DNA of 61,534 bases, counting the filler, from Choristocarpus tenellus KU-1152 (Eukaryota > Protista > Phaeophyceae), in assembly GCA_964200185.2 (NCBI GenBank). It is 12 parts of 12 records of this genome, joined end to end, with 100 filler letters (N's around TTAATTAATTAA, not from the genome) between each part and the next. Parts side by side here need not be neighbours in the genome. Positions count along the whole stretch, not along the records: positions 52,372 to 58,862 come from CAXNAD020008016.1; positions 58,963 to 61,534 come from CAXNAD020026665.1; 10 more parts are not named here. One strand, given 5' to 3'. A program made the translations under genes and the position numbers. This document shows positions 53,269-61,534 of the stretch, in pieces. The notes beneath the pieces are model-generated. The model searched no databases. It was not told the DNA's origin and was given only the letters and a program-made list of their open reading frames with translations. Position 1 is the first letter of the stretch. Every line of letters starts with the position of its first letter.

Positions 53269-54062
53269 TGGGAACGCAAACTCCGCCCCCGCTGCCCCAA
53301 ATATCGTTGTAGACGTAGGTGTTAGCTAAGCTCGTGAGTCCGTGCAGCCCATGCCAATATTCCGACACCCTCGCCGCCCCGTACACATCCTCAGGAAGGC
53401 AAACCTCCTCGACTGGACCCTTTGCATCCTCCAGAGACACCTCATCCGCCTTCCGCTCGACATCCTCAAATCCCGGCTCATTTCCCTCACCCTTCCCATC
53501 TGCTCCCACCTCCCTCTTCGTTATACCCGACAGCACCTGCGCCTTACTAGCCCCCACCCCAACACCCATATTAGAGACGTCGTGTGTGGGTGATGCAGTG
53601 GATGAGCCAGTGCTCACATGAGATACCATATGCTCGACATTGAGAGTTAGTGGGACAGAAGACCAGCTTGAACCGAACCCGTAATCCATATCTCCACTAC
53701 CTAGACTAGTCAAAGACATAGCCTCGCTCTTCTTCTCCCCACTATCGTCACCCCACACCCTTGCCGCCACCCCCCTACCCCCTCTTTCCTCCGCATCTTT
53801 CGTACCAATATTATTCAAAGACGTTAGTTCAACATGGGGGCTAGCCTCGCCGAGACCTTCTCCTGAGGAGGTGGCCGAGGTCGGGCTAGCCACAGATTTC
53901 ATTTTCTGTCCCCTATCCCAAACCCTATCCCAGCTCAACAATAGCCCGTTACCGGAAACTGCCTGCTCCGCCTTCCCCGCAGAAGTAGGAAGGTGGCTTT
54001 GCTGTTGACTGCATAAGTCTGCACTCAGGTCATACGCCAAGTAGTCAGTAAGTCCTGAACAA
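53269..54062 (-). CDS. Large probable exon of an unknown protein (within ORF 53192-54088)
   Basis: About 265 open codons with coding-like composition and a CCCAG|GTGCGC donor. Boundaries approximate. Confidence 0.5.
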
Positions 54063-54283
54063 GGCCCTTTCACAATGGAAAAATGCAATCCCGCATGTCC
54101 TTCTATGCTGGGTGATGTGGCGGGGGATTTCCATACTATAAATATATTTAATTAAAACAACACAAGTTTTTCCTATTTTAAGAATGCATCACGTAACTGT
54201 TTGAACGAGTCAACCAATCATGAAGCAAGAACAGTTCTGATGTGAAGGAGTGATGACCACATCATACAATTTCATCCTTGATG

Positions 54284-54459
54284 GGCTCAAAGTATCTGAA
54301 GAGAGTGGTGCCTGTCCATTCATGGCCCATTTTTCCGTGTCGCGATGTTTGGGTGATGTGGTTGCATGTGTCGGATGGATAATGTAAGCACACTTTTCCT
54401 GGTCAGGCCCCAAATGGACACCCTGGTGTAGAACCCCCCGCTCCCAGATACTTTGAACC
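54284..54459. mobile_element. MITE family A copy, 3-bp TSD ATG
   Basis: atg|GGCTCAAAGTATCTG ... CCCAGATACTTTGAACC|atg. Confidence 0.9.
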
Positions 54460-57019
54460 ATGACATTCGAAAGGTTTAGGGGGGGAAACCTTGTGAACGT
54501 ACAGTGCCCTGCTAGAAACATGGCCGGGGTAGTTTCGCTGGGCAACGTCGTCGCATGATTATCCGTCGGATTCATCAACGAGAAGGACTTTGACATTGTC
54601 AACGAGATCTTGGTTGCTCGCCCTCAATGTAACTACGATGGCATCTATTAAGGTGGTCTCCACAACGCGAGGACTAAGATAGAGAGCTGTTGAGGTAGAA
54701 GGACGGACCTTCCCGAACCTCGTACACAATCTGCTTTTAGGCATTTAGAATTTGAGAACAGAGAGCAGAATGTGCCCACTTGGAATGATCAAGACATAAC
54801 GGAGTGGGGCATCCCGCAGTCTTGATGTAACGGGTTTGGGCTTGCAGATCCGATATGATTGGAATCCAAGAGACAAGAATGGGTGGAATTTCTACCCTTC
54901 AACTCTCTGAGCCCAAGTACAAGGTGTTCTTTGGTGGTGGAGAGGATAGCAGATGGTGTCCATGAAGTGGGTTGACAGTGAGATAGTCAACCCTGAAAAG
55001 GGCCGCCCATAGAGTAGATTGCCTCCATAAGCGCATTGTGAAGGTCCGGCTCCTGATGTCAGGCAGTTCAACTGGGTTTACCTTTGTTGTGGCTCGTAGA
55101 GACAGCTAAGAGTGCTTTCTGGGAGAAGCTATACACGAACTGTGGTGCAGCAAGCAGACCCTTCCAAGGACAATATTTTCCTTCTGGTGAGCGTGAATAC
55201 TTGAACTAGAAGGAGAGGTGAGGAAGGGGGGGATCGCGACAGCACAACGAAAGGATAGGTGATGCTTATGGTCAAGATGTGTTAACAACAAAGGCGAACG
55301 TCTGCTAATGGTGTGCTTGCAATGATGAACAGACTTTCACTAGTCAACACCTTTTCTCAGCACACCCGAGGGGAAAGGGTCCCACAAATACTCCAGGAAG
55401 GAGATGGGGTACCTTCGTCTTCATTCCGTCTTCACATGACAGGCTGATCGCTGTTTGTAGGTCCACTCACTTTTGCGAACGGAATCGGATCGGTGTCAGT
55501 ATGTATCCTTGATCACTTTGCTCGCAATAATAATATGCGCTATTATTGTGGAATAAGGGGTATTTTTCTCAACCGATACAAAGCCTGATGTTTACTTATT
55601 TTTGATCACTTTTAGTGTGGAACTTCTCCACCTTATCCTAATTATGCCCCTAGACCCGTGGTCAGATGGCATTGCACACTGCACTATTTCTTCTATACCC
55701 TACCAAATATACACGTTGCACCACAACTTAGTGCACTCTCCCATACATGCCTAGATATTTTTTCGCGTGTTGGGTTCAGCCAACCTACCCCTTTACACAT
55801 CGGACAAATCATTATTTGACTCATTTGTTCTCACAAATACGTAGACGAAAAGGGTGTATAGATATTTGTATGTCAAGGCTGAAGGATTGGTTGCAATATG
55901 ATACGAATACACAGGTAATTTCTACCGAAGAATCTTGTACCATAAATCATGCGTTGAGTACAACTCGATGTTGAGGAATGATGTGCAAATCCTGATTTGT
56001 AGATATAACCTTGTTTCCTAAAATTTATGTATGATTAGCAGATATTGCTAACCATTTTATCAACATTTATGGACGGTCTATTCGTATGCAACCAGTGAAG
56101 ATAATTGTGTAAATTGGTGACATGCCCCAAATCTGAGCTTGTAATTTGATAGGAATCAACGATCGTGTATAAATCGGTTGTGATCTAATATAGGAACGAC
56201 AATATTGCGTACAAATCTGACGTTTATGACAAACAAAAAACGTTTACAAACCTTAGTATACTTCTTCTACTGTTACTAAGTACAGTACTTGGTTCCCTTG
56301 TTCCGTGGTAGTGGTAGTCGCTCTCAGTCATGTTTAAATTAGATCACCCCCGTTTACATTGTGGTGGCTCCAGTACCGTGCTGGGTGACAAGATATATGG
56401 AGTATGATGTGTACCCGCGTTCGAAACATGTTGAAGTTACCCTTCACCTTTCAACGTTAGTAAGGTCTTCCTGTACGGGTGTGAAGGTATAGAAATGATT
56501 TGTTGCCACCACTCATTCCCTGTCCATAAACATACACAATAAATACCTTGAATTGAATGCTTCCCCAGCGATTTATGGTTGCAAGCACAAGTGGTACAAA
56601 CAATCCACAATTGTGTTGACTCATAAACAATCTCACCGCCTTCTTCCAACATATTGTCTCAAACCACTCTCAGAAATGGATACAAAACTATGCAAAATGT
56701 CAGAGGGCATAATAATATATACAAAACTATGTAAGATCTACAAATCAAGCAGTTAACTCCAAAATCTTCCACATAACTCAGATTACTTGTGAAAGAACAG
56801 TCATTGATTTCCTGATAACTGGCTCCGCCAATCAGATCTCATATATCCCACATGCATACTCCCTCACTCCATAATGAATTTTCGAAACCACAATCCAGAT
56901 CTTCCTACGCGGCCCTTTTTGGGGTTTATCGCAAGATAGAAACCACAATGAATCTTCCCCACCACAATCCAGATCTTGTTCCCTGTACTTTTTTGTTAGT
57001 TTAACTTAAGATATGTAAT

Positions 57020-57100
57020 TCTTTCTTACTCAATGGTTAAAGCGTGGGCTATATGTATGGATTTAGGGGGTTCAAACCCACTCGACACCAACCTTTTTTT
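57020..57100 (+). other. tRNA-like relic followed by oligo-T (pol III SINE head or tRNA pseudogene)
   Basis: A-box-like TACTCAATGGTTAAAGC, B-box GGTTCAAACCC, ending CACCA, then a T-run. The acceptor stem does not pair. Confidence 0.5.
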
Positions 57101-59113
57101 TGTCGAAATCTGGTTTCGACGATGACATTTCATGTCACAAACACAACGGAATATTGTGGACTTGTCTGTGCTATACCACAGAAATAATGCCAAACCAAGA
57201 TCAACGCTGGAGCAGGGTTGGTCTCTCTGACGATTCTAGGGAGGAGACGGAGCGACAAGGAGTGGGAGTCCTGAAGGCCTCCTGTAGAAACAACAGGCAG
57301 GAAAAGACACAGTAGAGTTTATCGTATTTATGGTGCAACATCTAATCAGTAGTGATGTACAATGAGAAGAAAAAAATCAGTTCAGTTGTTCAATTATTCC
57401 GATTAATCAAACTGAATAAATTCATTAATCTTCCATGATCCACAACACTAAAAAATGACCTCTCAATTTCTGGGATCAAATAATCATGTCCTTTAATTTG
57501 ATTGTAGCAATTCAATCCACACGGTTCACAACACAACTAATAGGGAAAATCTTCACACAAGAGGGATGGCAGTAGCAAACAAAATATACAGGTGATGTAC
57601 CTGCCAATGTCAAGATATGGTCTCTAAGATCTTCACCATACACATCCTCCTGTTTGTTGGAACCTGCCTCAAGTATTACCACGTCCTACACAGAAGCAAT
57701 TGGTAAGTGACCAAGCTCAAGCAAGCTTCTTGGAGGCCTGGGAGGAACGGAATAGAGCATACAAAACAACCTCTCTTTTGAAGAAGGCATAAATTGCAGA
57801 TGGCTTGCAGATAGGTCAGAAATGTGAGATCATGTATCTCCTTTTCAGGACAACAGAAAGATGGAAAACCTTATCCATCATATGGACCAAGCTCATTTCT
57901 ACCAACACCTGAAAGGGTTCGAGGTAGTGAAAACAAAAGAAACAGAGTGCCTTCTGACATGCTTGCAACAAATGTAACAAGCTACCGATAGAGCAAGCAT
58001 TCATCATCATGGATGGGATGGTGAAGGAGGTACTTCAAAGTACTCCTCAATCATAAATCGGCCAACCTCAAAAATCATAGCGAGAAAAAGTAACCAAGAA
58101 GAGGTACTTGGGAATGTATTTTAAAGATACTGACAAGTTTGTACAAAATTGGACTTTTCATACAAATAATGCATAGTTAAATAATTTTCTGAATTCTGTT
58201 GAAATTTCAGTACAGCGTTAAAAAAAACGCTGAGCCGCTCAAACGATGGGGGGCCTTCGTCCTAGGCATCCCAATAAACACCCGCTTTGACAGTTTCTCG
58301 AGTTTTTTTAACCCTGTCAAATGAAACTTGGTCGACTCTGACGGGTGATCCTCCACAGTCATGACAGCCCACCATCTCAAACTTTTCACACCTCCCAATC
58401 TATATGAGAACTAAGCCTCGTCCAGAGGGGTTATCATATAGGTTGTTCCCCAGGTGAGGACAGAGCTTTCAAAAGTTATGTTACATTTAATTCCGAACGG
58501 AAGGAGTATGTTGTACTCTCAAACAGTGTGCCTTTTGACCACGAGTCTGGGATCCCTCAAAGTAATGTAAATCATAATAGTATTATTTTTGGTATTTTTA
58601 CTATTTTGAAATGAGGAGATTATGTCTAAGGGACGCCTCCGGTGGCACACCTCAGGTTAAGACTCTTACTCATGGTCTTTCTTGTTTGTTGAATCCGAGA
58701 GATATCTCCCTTTTATCTATGTGAGATAAGGAGTTTCACCAAGAACAGCCGACTTCAAAAATTGAGGATGGAGCTTTTAATTGAGGATGGGTTTGACCCA
58801 AAATTGACTGGGATAAAGTGTCGATATATACTCTTTTTTTTAAACATATCGACACTTTATCCNNNNNNNNNNNNNNNNNNNNNNNNNNNNNNNNNNNNNN
58901 NNNNNNTTAATTAATTAANNNNNNNNNNNNNNNNNNNNNNNNNNNNNNNNNNNNNNNNNNNNCCCACCTCCCCCCCCCTCCCACATCCCACACCCCCCCC
59001 CCCCCCGACCCCTCTCCCTCCCCCCTTCCCCCCCCCTCCCCCCTCCCCCCTCCCCCCTCTCCCCTTCCCCTTGTTTTTTGTTGATTGCTGTGTTCGGTTT
59101 GTCCCACTACAAG

Positions 59114-59287
59114 GCGGACTTGCATCACCCCTTGTCTGAGAAGATTCTGTCGAGAGAGGATAACTACAAGGACTTCAGGGAGTGGGGATTTGACATATTT
59201 GTTCTGGATAAGGAGGACTTGGGTCTCTTTACCGCCACGGTCTTTGCCTACACGGGACTGTCTCGTGCCTTTGGAATCAGCATGCAG
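59114..59287 (+). CDS. 3',5'-cyclic nucleotide phosphodiesterase (class I), exon
   Basis: ..DFREWGFDIFVL.. (W.FD.F motif at the start of the PDE catalytic domain); CAG|GTTGGT donor, phase 0. Confidence 0.85.
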
Positions 59288-60039
59288 GTTGGTAGTTGGA
59301 TGGGATAGTACTGCTAGCGCTGTAGTGGAATGCTACAGACCGCCACAGGGTTGTGCTCATAGTGCTCTGTGGCCGTGGGCAAGAGTGGGATCTCCTCTTG
59401 TTTGCTTGATGGGACTACTTGTGTGTGTGTGTGTGGAAAGTTGGCTTGAAGTTTTTTGATAGGACTACTACATACGTACTGCGTTCACTCCCCCTTCCCC
59501 ATGTCCTGTGGATGGGGGTCAGGGTTGGAGTTGTTTGTGCTCCCCTGCCCTAGGGTTAGGGTTAGATGGATTAGGGTTAGGGTTAGGGTTATATGAATCC
59601 CGGTGCCTTGTGGTCCTTGTCATCAAAGCTCCCATACCATGTGCACAAATGTTTATCACTGTTTTACCAGGTACTTTTGATGCTACAGTAGAATTACCTC
59701 GACACTTCCATATCACTTCACCCCACCTCACCTCACTTCACTCCATGTGTATGTATATATATATATATATATATATATCCCCTGCTGCTCAAATGACCCC
59801 CATCCCCTCACCAATGTTCCTGACCCCAAAGTATCCTAGGTCCTACCCCAGTCCAGCACAGTAGATCCCCTCACCAATTCTTCATTCTTCATTCTTCATG
59901 CCCCCCTCCTCCCACCCCCCGTTGTTGCTCTTGTTGGTGTTGATGTTGGTGTTGGCGGCGGGTGTTATCCGTACCGCCTACAACACACGCTACAACACAC
60001 ACTACAACACACGCCACAACACACGCCACAACACACCAG

Positions 60040-60261
60040 ACATTTGCACACTTCATGTCATCAGTGAGCTTCTACATGAGTCGAAATCCTCGAGTGTGTT
60101 ATCACAACTTGTATCATGCTGTAGATGTAATGCACGCCTGTAGCCTCATGATCTCCAGAATGGGAGTGAGGGGCTTGCTCACGGAGCTGGAGGAGCTGGC
60201 TCTACTGCTTGCCGGTTTGTGCCATGACCTTGATCACCCTGGGCTGAACAACAAGTACCAG
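60040..60261 (+). CDS. Class I PDE catalytic exon
   Basis: YHNLYHAVDVMH ... LCHDLDHPGLNNKYQ, the PDEase_I signature HDxxHxGxxN; AG/GT boundaries. Confidence 0.95.
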
Positions 60262-61276
60262 GTGTGTGCTGTGTAGTTTTTTTTTATTGGTGTGTTTAAG
60301 ATCAATGGACTGTTTGTGATTGGCTGAGTGTTTGGCATTGGTGGTGATGGCAGTTACCAGCCCAAGATGTATTTTTAAACGTAAACGCGAAAATTCTGAG
60401 TTTAAAAATATCGACAAAATGCGTTTGATGTTTGATGTTTGATATTTGATACTTGATATTTTTGCTTTTTTTTGTGATGCCTATCACCTATCAGGCGTTG
60501 CTGTGCGGTAGAGGTGTTGTTGGTTCAGTCAATGTGACAAGAAGGCTGTATTTTCGTTTTATTTTTGTTTTTTGTTGGTCTCTACCTTTTGTTACCTTTC
60601 CGTTCTCTTTTTTTTTCTTGTTTGGTTAACTGTTTCTCATCGCAGTGTATTCCTTTTTTTTAAATGACGTAAAAATAAGAATAATTGTTTTTTGTTTGTT
60701 TCTGGAGAACCAAGGACAGGTTGCACCTAAATGTTTTATTTGATACTGTGCTTGATGCAGTGATTTTGTTTTGGTAGTACTTGGGAGGGGCACTATAATG
60801 AACCTCGGAGTTAGAATTAGGGTTATGGGGAATGTGTATTTGTTTGCACTCAGTTACATACAATTTATGTTGAGTTGAGTGGGTCCGTACTCTACAGAAG
60901 AACACACCTTTGAAAAAAGATAAGAAATTAACCTTTGTTGCAATCTGAGTGCATAATGTATATATTTATTATTTTATGCCCTCTGACATTTTGCAGATGT
61001 GTCAGGGGGGAAACCAATGAAGACTATATATATACATGTCGTTATTGGCCCTAAAGAAATAATAAAAAAATGTGTATGTAGGTTTAGGGCTATCAACATC
61101 AAAGCATTAAGGTGTATACACACTCGTGTATGTTTATGTTTTTTTTTAATTGATAACATTTTTTATGCATGATGTATGTATTCAAATATCAAAGAGAGAC
61201 AGACGCCCCTTGTCCATGTATACCTTTCTTTGTCCCCTGCCTGTTGCCCAACGTCCTATACCTCTTCTTGTCAAAG

Positions 61277-61411
61277 GTTGCCACAAGCAGCCCCCTGGCC
61301 CTGAGGTACAACGACCACGCCCCTCTGGAACATCACCACCTCTCCATTGCCTTCCAGATCATGAGGAGGGAGAGATGCAACATCCTTGGCCACTTGGACC
61401 CAGAGCAGAAG
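61277..61411 (+). CDS. Class I PDE exon
   Basis: SPLALRYNDHAPLEHHHLSIAFQIM (LA..YND...LE.HH motif); AAG|GTGATC donor. Confidence 0.93.
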
Positions 61412-61534
61412 GTGATCCACATCACTTAGTACTTAACTTTGTGAATGAAAGGGGGGGGGGGGGGGGGGGGGGGGTGGTGTGTTACCTCTCTTTCCCCCCC
61501 ATCGATTTTTTTTTTTGGGGGGGGGGGTGGGGTT

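Noticed and set aside
36201-61411. Apparent signalling cluster (PP4 subunit, VIP1, PDE)
   Set aside because: The genes are on different contigs joined artificially, so there is no evidence of linkage.

Overview
Eukaryotic, intron-rich, repeat-dense DNA. It is most likely a stramenopile (brown-alga-like); this is inferred from gene structure, transposon content and an oomycete-like PP4 regulatory subunit N-terminus. The window is not contiguous: 12 short contigs are joined by artificial N-TTAATTAATTAA-N spacers, so nothing can be linked across spacers. Supportable host genes are fragments: a cyclic-nucleotide phosphodiesterase (3 exons, 59114-61411), a VIP1/PPIP5K inositol pyrophosphate kinase (40039-42864), the first exon of a PP4 regulatory-subunit-like protein (36201-36323, minus) and an unidentified six-exon, phase-consistent membrane protein (2771-12866). 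The rest is transposon-derived: degenerate CRE-clade non-LTR retrotransposons, a DD39D-type mariner pseudogene, a copia RT relic, probable KDZ transposase relics, a TGT..ACA element with 4-bp TSDs, and an abundant set of non-autonomous TIR elements. These TIR elements share a G(G/A)(C/G)T(C/G)AAAGTA terminus but are flanked by either 3-bp or 4-bp TSDs. I found no convincing intact novel multi-gene system. The most unusual signals are this TIR group, its foldback member and the KDZ relics. All homology calls rest on motif recognition by eye, not database searches.
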